DNA of 64,000 nucleotides from Patescibacteria group bacterium (GTDB lineage: Bacteria > Patescibacteriota > Patescibacteriia > UBA10025 > JAHIVO01). Shown here in pieces: positions 46,334 to 56,841 of this stretch (position 1 is its first letter; each line of letters begins with the position of its first letter). A program made the position numbers and the translations under genes. The stretch is taken from assembly GCA_041660605.1 (NCBI GenBank), contig JBAZWB010000003.1, positions 18,680 through 82,679 of the forward strand, in the 5' to 3' direction. The notes beneath the pieces were generated by a model that saw only the letters and a list, made by a program, of their open reading frames with translations, had not been told where the DNA came from and did not search any database.

Positions 46334-47731
46334 ATGCTTAATCCCGCAAGACAACAGAACGGACTCTCAAAAATTTTTATCTTGCTTATCCTCGGGGGCA
46401 TCGCCGCGATAATTTTAACCGTAGTTCTCGTAATATTCCAATCTCAAAAATCTCCGCCGCCAGCAAAAATCACTCTGAATATCTGGGGGGTCTGGGACGA
46501 TACTTCCGATCTTAAACCGATCATTGACGCTTACCGCAGAGCCCATCCTTACGTTAATATAAAATATTCGAAAATCAGATACGAAGAATATGAGGACATG
46601 CTCCTGAACGGCTGGGCCAACCAGCCGAGCACCGGCCCAGATATTTACGCTCTCCCCAACACCTGGCTGAAAAAGTACAACACCCGCGGCTTCATCACGC
46701 CTATCCCAAAAACAACCTCAGTCACGAATTACACTACCAGCCAGATCATCTTCAAACAGGAAGTCCAATACCAGGAGGTTACTGAAAATTCCCTGACTAC
46801 CAGCGATATCAAGCGCAATTACGTTGACTTGGTTTATGGAGACATTATCCAGGGAGGTAAAATTCTCGGCCTGCCGCTGGGCATTAACCCACTGGAGCTA
46901 TTTTATAACCGGAATTTGCTGGATCAGGCCCATCTAGTGCAGCCGCCACAAACCTGGGCGGAATTTGCCAGCGCTGTTTCAAATATGACCACCATTGACG
47001 AGCAGAACAAGATAGTCCGGGCCGCCGCCGCGCTGGGCACCAGCAATAACATCAGCTACCCCCAGGACATCCTGACGCTGCTGATGCTGCAAAACGGTAC
47101 GGTGATGGCCACCGGCTCAAAAATAGCTTTTGACAAGCCCTCCGCCACCGACGCTGCTTATTTCCCCGGCGAAGAAGCGCTGCGTTTTTACACGGATTTT
47201 ACCAGCCCGGAAAAAGCTGTTTACACCTGGGGCACGGAAATGCCCAACGCCCTTGATTATTTTGCGGAGGGAAATTTAGCTTTCTTTTTCGGCTACCCTT
47301 TCCAGGAGGCAGAGATAAAAAGCAAAAGTCGCGGCATAGATTACGGAGTGGCGCCGGTGCCGCAAATCAATCCGGAAAGTGAGATTAACGTGGCCAACTA
47401 CTGGGTTTATACGGTTTCGCACAAAGCCAGCAATAAAAGCCTGGCCTGGAATTTCTTGCAGTTTGCCACCAAAGCCAAATACGTCAAATCATACGTGAAC
47501 TCCACAAAACAAAGCAGCGCTCTGCGCTCAGTTCTCCAGCAGCAGATACTTGATCCCGACCGCGGCCCGGTGCTGCAGCAGGTGCTCACCGCCCAAAACT
47601 GGTATCACGGCAGTGATCAGCAGGACGCTGATCAGGTTTTACAAGACATGATCACCAGCGTTGTTACCAACGGCACACCTATAAAGGATGCTCTAATGCA
47701 GGCGGCGAAAAAAATAGATAAAAGTTATTAA
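46334..47731 (+). CDS. Extracellular solute-binding protein (ABC SBP family 1-like), membrane anchored. No cognate permease is nearby.
   Basis: N-terminal TM anchor and an SBP_bac_1-like LNIWGVWDD region. Confidence 0.5.
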   Translation: MLNPARQQNGLSKIFILLILGGIAAIILTVVLVIFQSQKSPPPAKITLNIWGVWDDTSDLKPIIDAYRRAHPYVNIKYSKIRYEEYEDMLLNGWANQPSTGPDIYALPNTWLKKYNTRGFITPIPKTTSVTNYTTSQIIFKQEVQYQEVTENSLTTSDIKRNYVDLVYGDIIQGGKILGLPLGINPLELFYNRNLLDQAHLVQPPQTWAEFASAVSNMTTIDEQNKIVRAAAALGTSNNISYPQDILTLLMLQNGTVMATGSKIAFDKPSATDAAYFPGEEALRFYTDFTSPEKAVYTWGTEMPNALDYFAEGNLAFFFGYPFQEAEIKSKSRGIDYGVAPVPQINPESEINVANYWVYTVSHKASNKSLAWNFLQFATKAKYVKSYVNSTKQSSALRSVLQQQILDPDRGPVLQQVLTAQNWYHGSDQQDADQVLQDMITSVVTNGTPIKDALMQAAKKIDKSY

Positions 47732-47753
47732 AATATTAAGGGGGAGATGAAAT

Positions 47754-49409
47754 ATGGGAAAAGGGAACCAAAAAACGTTTCTCGCAATACTAATAGTAAT
47801 ATTTTTATTATCAATAATTTCGATCCTGCTGCCGCGCCCTTCTCTGGCCGCTGAATATCCGTCGGGCTGGGAAATAATACCAGAAGCTTGCCTGGGGAAC
47901 CAGGGAAAAAATGATGCTCCTTGCGATTTGAATTCATTTATTCAGCTTTTTGTTAATCTAGCCGGTATTGCCATAAAAGTCCTGCCCTATATCGCCATGC
48001 TGATGATGATCTGGGCCGGGTTTAATCTGATTATGGCCGGCGGCAACCCCACTAAAATCCAGGAAGGAAAAAAAATGATTACCAGCGTCTTGCTGGGGAT
48101 CATTATTGTCCTCTTTCTGGCCTGGGCATGGGCTAATTTCGTGGTTTTCGCCCTGACCGGCAGCGTCAATGTTTTTCCCGGTTCAATTTTTTCCAAGGAA
48201 TGGTGGGGCGGCGGGAACACCAACCAAATAGAGCCGAATGCCGGCTGCTGCCCGGTGGCCGAACACGGCTGTATAGAAATAACCGAAGACGAATGCACCA
48301 ACCAATACACCAGCCGATACCCAGGCACTAAATGGAGGGCCGGCAGCTGCTATCCTGATGATGCGGCTTTCTGTGATAAGCTTAAAGTCGGCTGTTGTGT
48401 GCCAGAAAATCTGGAAGATGATATTTGCTATACACCTGGAAATAACGGCTGCCTGGACGCTCCGCAAACCAAATGGAACACCAACCAATGCGGCAGCGTC
48501 CAGCAATGCGATCCTTTAAAAATTGTCGGTACGCCACAGCCTGGCAATGGCTGCTGTGTAACGCCCAATAACTGCAGCACTCAAACATTTGGAGCCTGCC
48601 TGGGCACTTATTATTCTCAAAACTGCAGCCAGATCGCTGAATGCGGCCAGGGCTGCTGCGTCGGCAATACTGCCTGCAAAGCAGGAAAAATTGATTGCGA
48701 TGGTGCCTGGCAGAACGTTGCCTGTTCCACCCTGCCCGGCGATTGCCAGGCGGGCTGTTGCATAGACAACGATCCTAATAATATGGATTGTTTCCAATCC
48801 ACTTTTTCTGCCTGCGCCGGCGCGGCTGCAGCTTTTTTCCCAGGAGCAAACTGCGCCTCTGACCATGCCGGAACCTGCGCCCTTGGCTGCTGCCTGGACA
48901 CTTGTACCACCGGCAGGATGAACGATTCGTGCGCCCCTAACATGAGTTACAATAATTATGTCAGCGGTGCCAATGGCTGCGGCGATACTGCTGGCTTCAC
49001 TCCGCCCCAAGCAGCAGGCGGATGTGAATTAGGCTGTGGCCTCGCCAATGGCGCGAGTACCTGTCAGCGTAACGTCAGAAAAAAAGATTTTCCTGCTGAC
49101 CATTTTTGGCAGGATCTTGCCTGTAACGCCGGCGCGGCCAAAACCGCCTGCGAAGAGGGCTGCTGTATTGATACCTCTAATAATTACGTCTGCCTAGACG
49201 GATTCTCCCACCAAGGTTGTATAGATAGAGGCGGATTATTTTCCTTAAACACTTGCGGTGCCAGCCCTCAATGTTCCACAGGCGGTTGCTGCGTGTCAGG
49301 TGGAATATGCACCATGCAGACCTCAACGCAAACACGGGCCTATTGCGAAAATACGGGACCAGGCGGAACCTGGTATCCCCAGGCAGAGTGCTCTTCACAA
49401 GGTTGTTAA
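47754..49409 (+). CDS. TrbC/VirB2-like pilin N-terminal module fused to a ~400-aa Cys-rich extracellular repeat domain (GCC-motif repeats).
   Basis: SD AAGGGGGAG upstream. The N-terminus is paralogous to the two downstream pilin-like ORFs (AGGNPTKI). At least 9 repeats of x-G-C-C-[VIL]-x, for example QGCCVGNTAC, AGCCIDNDPN, LGCCLDTCTT. Confidence 0.5.
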   Translation: MGKGNQKTFLAILIVIFLLSIISILLPRPSLAAEYPSGWEIIPEACLGNQGKNDAPCDLNSFIQLFVNLAGIAIKVLPYIAMLMMIWAGFNLIMAGGNPTKIQEGKKMITSVLLGIIIVLFLAWAWANFVVFALTGSVNVFPGSIFSKEWWGGGNTNQIEPNAGCCPVAEHGCIEITEDECTNQYTSRYPGTKWRAGSCYPDDAAFCDKLKVGCCVPENLEDDICYTPGNNGCLDAPQTKWNTNQCGSVQQCDPLKIVGTPQPGNGCCVTPNNCSTQTFGACLGTYYSQNCSQIAECGQGCCVGNTACKAGKIDCDGAWQNVACSTLPGDCQAGCCIDNDPNNMDCFQSTFSACAGAAAAFFPGANCASDHAGTCALGCCLDTCTTGRMNDSCAPNMSYNNYVSGANGCGDTAGFTPPQAAGGCELGCGLANGASTCQRNVRKKDFPADHFWQDLACNAGAAKTACEEGCCIDTSNNYVCLDGFSHQGCIDRGGLFSLNTCGASPQCSTGGCCVSGGICTMQTSTQTRAYCENTGPGGTWYPQAECSSQGC

Positions 49410-49425
49410 TAATTTTATATTATAT

Positions 49426-49806
49426 ATGAAAAAAATAGCCTTTTTCTTAGGCCTGACAATACTATGCTCCGCCCTGCTAGCCGGTACATTTCTTATTCCG
49501 CATACGGCCTTGGCAGAATCCCCCTCTCTGCCTAACCCCCTGGGCAACAATGCCAACGGCCAACCAATGAACTTGGTTGACGTCATGTTGCGGGTTTTAC
49601 AAATCGCTTTGGCGGCTGTGGACATTTTCGCCTTATTTATGTTCATCCTGGGCGGCTTCGAATTCCTCGTTTCTGCGGGTAACCCCACTATGATAAAAAA
49701 AGCTAAGGACACTCTCATCTGGGCGACGCTGGGCATACTGGTGATTACCATGAGTTACACTATTTTGAAATTCCTGTTTGAAGTTATCCAAGATAAACTA
49801 TCTTAA
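49426..49806 (+). CDS. TrbC/VirB2-like pilin family protein.
   Basis: Signal peptide ending ALA. Two hydrophobic helices separated by GGFEFLVSAGNPT. Confidence 0.55.
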   Translation: MKKIAFFLGLTILCSALLAGTFLIPHTALAESPSLPNPLGNNANGQPMNLVDVMLRVLQIALAAVDIFALFMFILGGFEFLVSAGNPTMIKKAKDTLIWATLGILVITMSYTILKFLFEVIQDKLS

Positions 49807-49812
49807 TAATAC

Positions 49813-49841
49813 TTGACAAAAAAAGATTTTTAGCCTATAAT
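49813..49841 (+). promoter_or_regulatory. Consensus sigma70 promoter (TTGACA, 17-nt spacer, TATAAT).
   Basis: Perfect hexamers with a 17-nt spacer, about 75 nt upstream of the 49916 gene. Confidence 0.6.
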
Positions 49842-49915
49842 AGCGGCATAACAATATTATTCATTTTAACAGTTAATTTATCAATAAAACTGTTTACTGA
49901 AAGGGGGTGAAATTA

Positions 49916-50269
49916 ATGAAAAAAATCGTATTCGGCCTATTAACTCTTAGCTTATTGGTAGTCCCGATGATCGCCAGCGCTCAAGCCACAGTCAATAAAG
50001 ATTTGGGCACGACCTTTAACCTGGGTACGGCTGACTTAGAGTCCACTGTAATCAAAATTGTGCAGTGGGTGCTCGGCTTTTTGGGCTTAGTCGCTGTTGT
50101 CATGATCTTAATCGGCGGCTTCCAATGGATGACTGCTGGCGGTAACGAAGAAAAAGTTGCCTCAGCTAAGAAAGTTATTTCCGCTGCCGTTATTGGTTTA
50201 ATCGTGATCCTCTTAGCCTGGGCCATTGTCATCTTCGTTGTTTCTCAGACTCATAAGGTGACAACCTAA
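49916..50269 (+). CDS. TrbC/VirB2-like pilin family protein.
   Basis: SD AAGGGGG. Signal peptide ending ASAQA. ILIGGFQWMTAGGNEEKVASAKK is the typical VirB2-like core. Confidence 0.6.
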   Translation: MKKIVFGLLTLSLLVVPMIASAQATVNKDLGTTFNLGTADLESTVIKIVQWVLGFLGLVAVVMILIGGFQWMTAGGNEEKVASAKKVISAAVIGLIVILLAWAIVIFVVSQTHKVTT

Positions 50270-50302
50270 TTCAAGCTTATAGAAGTTAATAATATATAGA
50301 TC

Positions 50303-50340
50303 CCCCCACACCATTTCAATGGTGTGGGGGTTTGTTTTTG
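50303..50340 (+). terminator. Strong rho-independent terminator.
   Basis: CCCCCACACC-atttcaa-TGGTGTGGGGG followed by TTTGTTTTTGG. Confidence 0.75.
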
Positions 50341-50366
50341 GCAGGTTATTAAGTTAAAATACATGC

Positions 50367-52367
50367 ATGCCATTCATTAATGAGTTAAAAACGTTTTTCT
50401 ACAAAAACAATAAAAAAATTCTCTGGACAACGATTGGCCTTTATGTTTTGGTAATTATTATTTTTCTAGTGCAAAAATACCTGTCATACGGCTATAATGC
50501 CATTGATTTAGCCATTTATAATCAGGTGTTTTATAATTCCGCCCACGGGCATTTATTCCAGTTCAGCATCCATCCTCACTCATATCTGGGCGATCATTTT
50601 GAACTTTTTATTATCTTACTGCTTCCGTTTTATTATTTTTTCCAGTCACCCCTGACGCTGCTTTTTTTACAAACCCTGTTTCTGGGCCTGGCCGCCTGGC
50701 CGCTCTATCTACTGGCCAGAACAATATTAAATCGCCACTGGTCACTGATCCTAGCGGCGGCTTTTCTGATTAACCCGTTTATCTGGAACATGAATTTTTT
50801 TGAGTTCCACATACTGCCATTTGCCATTTTCTTTCTGCTATTTGCTTTTTATCATTACAAAAAAAATAATTTTTTACAGTTTTGCTTTATCGCTGGCATC
50901 TCTTTGCTAATCCGCGAGGACGTTTCCTTGGTAATCCTAATGTTTGGAATTCTTGCGCTGATAGAAAAACGAAGCCTTAAGTGGATACTGACGCCGCTGC
51001 TGGCCGGCGGAATTTGGTTTATTACCGCTTTTCAGCTGACAGGATATTTCAACAATTACGGAAGCTATAAATTTCTCGCTTTATACAATTGGCTGGGCGA
51101 GACGCCAGCGGAAATTATAAAAAATTTATTCCTTAATCCTTGGCTGGTGCTAAAAAATATTTTTACCTTTAATAATCTTTTTTCGGTACTTGGTTTGCTG
51201 CTGCCTTTGGCGGCGCTACCGGTTTTCAAATTAAAATACCTGCTGCCGGCCGCCCTGATCTGGATACAGCTTTTCCTCCTGCAGGCCAGCCCGACTATTA
51301 TGCTAGAAACTCATTACGCCGCCCTGATCATCCCTTTTCTATTTATCAGCGCCATCTACGGCTTGCATCGGGTGCTTCAGTCAAAAAACCGCAGTCTCCT
51401 GAAAAAACTGCCGTATTTTCCGTCAAAAACAATCTATTTAACAATTATCATTATTGCTTTCTTGTATTCCTGGGTAACTTTCAGTCCGCTGATTACCGCG
51501 ACCAGAGGTTTCCTCTTTGGCCAGGCGGATAACGCCCGGCAAATAATCGGCGATGAACAAATAAAATTAATTGATAACAACGAATCGGTGGTATCCAGTT
51601 ACGCTTATTTAGCGCCTTTATCCGGCCGTACCCAGCTGTATTCACTGCACTACGCCTTTGAAGGTAAAAAACAGTATTCAGACCAGGCATACAGGATAGA
51701 CCAGCCAATCGACAAAATGATCGTTGATTACCATGATTTCGTCATTTATTACCTCCAATCGCAGGGCCATGGGGTGGAAAGCTTACAGTATTCAACCGGC
51801 GCCGGCCGGATTGCCGGATTGATAGAAAAAAATAACCTGGGTTTGAAAAAAATAATTGATAATACCGCCGTTTATGAAAAAAATTATGCGCCTACGGAAA
51901 AATTAACCGAGGAACTGGACGTAGCTCCGGAAAAAATGATAAAAATAAACCAGTCGGAAGGTGAAAATCTGATCCTACTGGGGTGGGAATATTCAAATGC
52001 CGAGAATCTTTCCGGATACCAAATCCTGCCTTTGAGTCTTTATTGGCAGGCGGCAAATAAAATCGCAGATGATTATAAGCTGAAAATTTCCGTTACCGAT
52101 GAAAAAAATAAAGTCGTGCTGGAAAAATTCTATCCACTGGGCTACGGTTTGCTGCCGACCAGCCAGTGGCCAACCGATAAAATAATTCAGACAAACTATT
52201 GGTTCGCTTTGCCGGAAAAAATGAATCTTGCCGATCACCGCGTCTCGCTGCAAACAGTCAGGCTTGAGGGGTACCTGGATCTTGATAATTTGCGCTCAGC
52301 GGAAACAAGAATTACCAACCAGGAAAACATTGGTGAAGCCCTGGCTCTGCCTCATAACAATTTATAA
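50367..52367 (+). CDS. DUF2079-like polytopic membrane protein (predicted GT-C-type glycosyltransferase) with a large C-terminal extracytoplasmic domain.
   Basis: YNAIDLAIYNQVF..HGHLF..HPHSYLGDHFE resembles the DUF2079 N-terminal signature. Confidence 0.5.
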   Translation: MPFINELKTFFYKNNKKILWTTIGLYVLVIIIFLVQKYLSYGYNAIDLAIYNQVFYNSAHGHLFQFSIHPHSYLGDHFELFIILLLPFYYFFQSPLTLLFLQTLFLGLAAWPLYLLARTILNRHWSLILAAAFLINPFIWNMNFFEFHILPFAIFFLLFAFYHYKKNNFLQFCFIAGISLLIREDVSLVILMFGILALIEKRSLKWILTPLLAGGIWFITAFQLTGYFNNYGSYKFLALYNWLGETPAEIIKNLFLNPWLVLKNIFTFNNLFSVLGLLLPLAALPVFKLKYLLPAALIWIQLFLLQASPTIMLETHYAALIIPFLFISAIYGLHRVLQSKNRSLLKKLPYFPSKTIYLTIIIIAFLYSWVTFSPLITATRGFLFGQADNARQIIGDEQIKLIDNNESVVSSYAYLAPLSGRTQLYSLHYAFEGKKQYSDQAYRIDQPIDKMIVDYHDFVIYYLQSQGHGVESLQYSTGAGRIAGLIEKNNLGLKKIIDNTAVYEKNYAPTEKLTEELDVAPEKMIKINQSEGENLILLGWEYSNAENLSGYQILPLSLYWQAANKIADDYKLKISVTDEKNKVVLEKFYPLGYGLLPTSQWPTDKIIQTNYWFALPEKMNLADHRVSLQTVRLEGYLDLDNLRSAETRITNQENIGEALALPHNNL

Positions 52368-53971
52368 ATTTGTACGTCGGGATTAGTATATACCTCCTGC
52401 AAATATTTTTTTGTGGCGGGATTATAGTCGCCTTTTTCCTTTTCTTTACGGCCGTAATACACGTAGTCAATATTGTTATTTATCAAAAGATCATTTTTGG
52501 CCTGAACCTCCAGGTCGCTCTGCCAAAACCAATCGTTGATCTCATATTTTTCCAGCAGGTCAATCGTCTGCGGGCCGTGCCCGATCCAGACAATCCGACC
52601 CGTGTAAGCGGGAATGAAATTACCCATGTAATAGCTGGAAAAAATAATTTGCTGGCGGCCGACATTCTGCTTCAGCCAATTCATGGCCTCAATTTCCGTC
52701 TTAGTCAGGTAATATGGCAGCGTTTTTTTGTTAGCATACAGCCAGATATCCTGGCCTAAAATTTGAATATTGGTCAGCGGTAAAAATACCAAAGCTCCAA
52801 TAATTAACCCATAAATATAAATATTATTGTTTTTACTTTTGTCATTTATTCTTTTTATCAAATATAAAAAGCCCAGGCCAGCCAGAATAGCGATGGGAAC
52901 ATGCAGCCCCTCTGACATGCGACGCTGGAAGGACACTGGGACATAAATTAACAAGGATGAGCAGAGTAACCAAGAAATGATAAAAATGCCTTTATTATTA
53001 ACTTTTTTAAAAGTTATCCACAGGCCAACCACAACTAGAGGTAATAACAATCCATAACCAATTAAATACATCCAAACGCTCGGCGAAGGCAGAATGTTCT
53101 GCTTCTCCCACTGGCGGGTAACCCAATCAGCTTGTGCTGTTAAAAACAGATACAAGACAATGGGCACGGGTAGGGCACATAAAATCAAATAATGCTTTAC
53201 ATGAGACCAGATAATTTTTTTATTTTTCCAAAAAATGAACAATAAATATACCCCCAGGACGGCGTAAACAGTTGGGCCGTTGAACGGATGAAACCATAAA
53301 AGAAAAAAGGTGGCAATGCCGGCTCCCAGACTATAGCGGATCTGATCTTTTTCGAAAGCCAGCAGCATTAGTAAAAACGTCAGCACTAATAAAGTCAGCG
53401 AGGCAATCAAGTGCGGGGAATGATACAAGGTCAAAAAAGTTACGCTCTCAACGACCCAGGTATCTGTGGGATGCTCATAAAGATTATTTACATCAAATAA
53501 GATAGGATTAAAAAATACGCCCAGGCCGGAAGCGAAAATAATAAAGACTAGAAACCATTTCCTTTTTTGTGGATCTTTAAATAAATACGCTAGAAGCAAA
53601 AAAATGACAAAGATAAAAATCGCCGCCCAGATTGATCTGGCCACGTGCAAAGTCAGAAGATTTGACATTTTGAATATCTTGCCCAGCCAGCCGACCGTCA
53701 GCCATAAAGGATTTGTTAAAATCTCATGCTGAGGCTCGCTGGTATATAAATTTAAAAAAGTGATCCGGCCCTGCTTCGCCTGCTCAATCATCGACATGAA
53801 GACATTGGTATCGCCGGGCGTCAGATAATGCAGGCCGGAGTAAACGGTGCCTGGCGGGGCGGTAAAGTAACCGTATAGATACGGCACGGCGGTTATCAAA
53901 ATAACTCCGGCAATCACCAGAGCAAGAAAAATCCATTCCTTTTTTGATATAGATTTTATTAATTCATTCAT
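52352..53971 (-). CDS. Polytopic membrane protein, GT-C-like glycosyltransferase candidate.
   Basis: More than 10 TM helices and a C-terminal soluble domain. No specific family assigned. Confidence 0.35.
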   Translation of the reverse strand: MNELIKSISKKEWIFLALVIAGVILITAVPYLYGYFTAPPGTVYSGLHYLTPGDTNVFMSMIEQAKQGRITFLNLYTSEPQHEILTNPLWLTVGWLGKIFKMSNLLTLHVARSIWAAIFIFVIFLLLAYLFKDPQKRKWFLVFIIFASGLGVFFNPILFDVNNLYEHPTDTWVVESVTFLTLYHSPHLIASLTLLVLTFLLMLLAFEKDQIRYSLGAGIATFFLLWFHPFNGPTVYAVLGVYLLFIFWKNKKIIWSHVKHYLILCALPVPIVLYLFLTAQADWVTRQWEKQNILPSPSVWMYLIGYGLLLPLVVVGLWITFKKVNNKGIFIISWLLCSSLLIYVPVSFQRRMSEGLHVPIAILAGLGFLYLIKRINDKSKNNNIYIYGLIIGALVFLPLTNIQILGQDIWLYANKKTLPYYLTKTEIEAMNWLKQNVGRQQIIFSSYYMGNFIPAYTGRIVWIGHGPQTIDLLEKYEINDWFWQSDLEVQAKNDLLINNNIDYVYYGRKEKEKGDYNPATKKYLQEVYTNPDVQIYKLL

Positions 53972-53972
53972 T

Positions 53973-55229
53973 CTAAGTATACTGATTTATTTTTTCGCTG
54001 GCAGCGGGCGCTCTGCTAAAATTGATCCCCTTGAATGCCCGGCGGCCGATTTGCCAGATTAATATTACGAAAACAATTGAACGCACTATCACTATCATAG
54101 CAAAGATCGTAGAGCTGTGCCCAATATAATCCCAAACCACCGGAAACTGCAGATAATTCAACAGATCATAAAAGATAAATGCCCCGACTCCCTTCCACCC
54201 GACTGCTGACAGAATAAATAGCGGCAAAATCCATAGGATCCATTGAGGAGAATAATACGGTGAAAACTGTATATAAATGAGGATGAACAGCAGGCTCCAG
54301 GTAATTACCTTCTGCGGAGAAGTAACAAATTTCCGGAATATCTGGTAGCCAATATAGAAAATCAAGGGCAATATTATCTGCAAAAGCATCAGTGCCCAGC
54401 CCAAAGCGCTGATGCCAATATTATAAAGCCAGGCCGGCGTGAAGCTCTGCAATGAGCCCAGATAAACGGCATATGGCGCGCCATAAGCAAACCCCCTGGA
54501 AGACTGGAATAAATAGGGAAACAGGCTGTTGCCCACGCCGGCAAAAATAAACAACACGAGCATCGCAAAGGCAAACGGCGCCAGCGCAGCCAATAACCCT
54601 TTATTCAGATAAAGACGTGTCTTCTGGTAGTTAACCTGATTCAGCCAATAAAGAAAAAATATAGGAAACAATATGATTGCGTAACCCTTGGCCAGAAACG
54701 ACAAGCCCAAAAAAACAAAAGCCCAGGTAAAACGCTTGGAGAACAAAAGCCAGAGAGCTATCTGCACCAGCAGAACCGGCCAGATATCAAAGCGGTTGAT
54801 TATGTAAAATAGTACGGATGGCAATAAAAAAAGCCAGATTTTCGCCGGACTATTCCCCAGCTGCCGACAAATCCGGTAGGTAAGAATAACTACGCCGAGC
54901 GTGGCCAGTAAATTTAACAATATCAAGCCTAATTCATAGCCCAAAAAAGTTTTTGTCAGCAGGGCCGGGATGGCCAGATATAAAACTCCCAGCACCGGAT
55001 ATTCTATTCGCGTCATCTGGTATGGCCACTCTCCCTGCCTGGCAAACCCCATCCGTTCGTAGTAAACTCCCAGTTCCTGATCGTCGCGCACCAGGCTGAT
55101 GCCCTCGTGGGAGGGTGAAGAAAAAAACTTTGACGGCGCAAAGTAGCCAGCCAGCGTCAAACAAATAATCGCCGCTAGTCCGACTCCGATAATCAAAAAA
55201 TATTTGCTGTCCAGCTTTTTCTCGAGCAT
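53973..55229 (-). CDS. Polytopic membrane protein, GT-C-like glycosyltransferase candidate (DUF2029/GT87-like topology).
   Basis: About 12 TM helices with an acidic motif in the first loop. Confidence 0.35.
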   Translation of the reverse strand: MLEKKLDSKYFLIIGVGLAAIICLTLAGYFAPSKFFSSPSHEGISLVRDDQELGVYYERMGFARQGEWPYQMTRIEYPVLGVLYLAIPALLTKTFLGYELGLILLNLLATLGVVILTYRICRQLGNSPAKIWLFLLPSVLFYIINRFDIWPVLLVQIALWLLFSKRFTWAFVFLGLSFLAKGYAIILFPIFFLYWLNQVNYQKTRLYLNKGLLAALAPFAFAMLVLFIFAGVGNSLFPYLFQSSRGFAYGAPYAVYLGSLQSFTPAWLYNIGISALGWALMLLQIILPLIFYIGYQIFRKFVTSPQKVITWSLLFILIYIQFSPYYSPQWILWILPLFILSAVGWKGVGAFIFYDLLNYLQFPVVWDYIGHSSTIFAMIVIVRSIVFVILIWQIGRRAFKGINFSRAPAASEKINQYT

Positions 55230-55237
55230 TGCGTATT

Positions 55238-56812
55238 TTATAACACTTTATAAATCTTTGCTTCCTCATCCTCATAAACCAGCTGAAAACCGGTCGCGCT
55301 CCTGACCAGCTTATCCATGGCATAATGAGTGCTTTCTACAAAAACATAAGAGGAATGAAAAGTTTCGCTGAGCTCCTTATGAAGATCCCCTGACCACCGG
55401 CCGAGAGTAATATCAACTATCGCCTGATAAATATTTTTGTCATATTCATAAGTAAAAGTCGGGTCCAGGCCGATGATATAATAATCTTTGGAATTATGAT
55501 AAAACAATACCGGGAATTCATCCCAACTGGAATGAAAAACAATATCCCCGTCGGCTGAATTTTCTTTCAGCCAGTTGGCGGAGGCGGAAAACCGGTCAAG
55601 CTTGATGCCACCCTGGAAATCCCGGTAAGTCTGCCTGATCTCATGAGTGACGATGGCGGGAAATATTGTAAAAAAGTAAATTACAAACAGGCTGACTACA
55701 ATTTTATGTCTGACAAAATAAGCTAAGAAATCGCGCCAGATTTGCAAAAAATTTATTTTTTTCATGTGCTCATTCAGCGCGAAGGCGACAAAAATTATGG
55801 TGAAAGGCACATAATACTCAACATAACGACGCGACTTCAGGGTGAAAATAAAAAACAAAAGCGCCACCAGAAACATAGTGATGGTTTTCTTGGAGGGTTT
55901 TTTAAAATGATAAATATTAATGGCGATAACGAGTATCAAGAGCGCGCTGACGAAAGCCGTGTTAGCCGTCAGGTCAAAAAATTTATTGGGATACCATTCG
56001 CTGCCCACGGAAATCACCTTCTGGTAATTGACTATCCCGATTTTCACCAGTTGGTGCCAGTAAAAATAAATATTCTGGGGAAAGTTAAAATTTACCAGCA
56101 GACCGGCGGCCACTCCTGCCAAAGAACTCATAAACAAGCGCAGCTCCCGGCCATGGCCAAGCATATTGCGGAAACTTCTGGCACCCTGAATTTTAAGCCC
56201 GTCATAAAGGAAACTGACCAGAAAATAAGCGCCGGAAATAAATAATATCAGGATAAAACCCCCATATGCCCAGACATACAGAAAAGACAGGATAAACAGC
56301 GCAGCCGTACGGTGCTGAAAAAGAAAATGCAGGCCCAAAATCAGAAATAAAATAGAAAAGGTCGGCGCTTTTATCAAATTAATTCGAAAAATAAACGGCA
56401 TGCTCAACAGCAGCACGAACGTAAAAACAAACGCCAGCTTTATCCGATATTTCCTTAAAAACCAGTAGAAAAACAGTATTAGACCGGTATTCAGTATGAT
56501 AGTAGCCAGTTTCGCTCCCTGGATGGGGTTCATAATCCTGGTAAAGGGCACTAAAAAAACATGATAAAGAAAATGCTGGTCAATGTAATTCTGTTTCAGA
56601 ATAGTGTCCTGCAGCCAGGGAAAAGACTTGATAATGCCCTGTTCCGGCAGCAGCAAGGCCATTTTTATATGGTAGAAAGAATCCGGATCAGCTAATGTCG
56701 GTACGGCCTGAAAAAAAGTAAAAAGCACAAATGACGATAATAATAGCACAATATACGAAATTACCACCCTCTCCCTGACCAGCCATTCTTTTATTATTGC
56801 CATTTTTGCCAT
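55238..56812 (-). CDS. Polytopic membrane protein, GT-C-like glycosyltransferase candidate.
   Basis: DPDSFYH lies in the first extracytoplasmic loop. More than 10 TM helices. Confidence 0.35.
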   Translation of the reverse strand: MAKMAIIKEWLVRERVVISYIVLLLSSFVLFTFFQAVPTLADPDSFYHIKMALLLPEQGIIKSFPWLQDTILKQNYIDQHFLYHVFLVPFTRIMNPIQGAKLATIILNTGLILFFYWFLRKYRIKLAFVFTFVLLLSMPFIFRINLIKAPTFSILFLILGLHFLFQHRTAALFILSFLYVWAYGGFILILFISGAYFLVSFLYDGLKIQGARSFRNMLGHGRELRLFMSSLAGVAAGLLVNFNFPQNIYFYWHQLVKIGIVNYQKVISVGSEWYPNKFFDLTANTAFVSALLILVIAINIYHFKKPSKKTITMFLVALLFFIFTLKSRRYVEYYVPFTIIFVAFALNEHMKKINFLQIWRDFLAYFVRHKIVVSLFVIYFFTIFPAIVTHEIRQTYRDFQGGIKLDRFSASANWLKENSADGDIVFHSSWDEFPVLFYHNSKDYYIIGLDPTFTYEYDKNIYQAIVDITLGRWSGDLHKELSETFHSSYVFVESTHYAMDKLVRSATGFQLVYEDEEAKIYKVL

Positions 56813-56841
56813 ATCGTTAATTATATCATTATCCGGCAGCT

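Noticed and set aside
47987-49398. Minus-strand ORFs of 107-164 aa inside the Cys-rich pilin-fusion gene.
   Set aside because: Antisense to a gene whose + strand reading frame shows a periodic G-C-C repeat structure. No start or RBS context.
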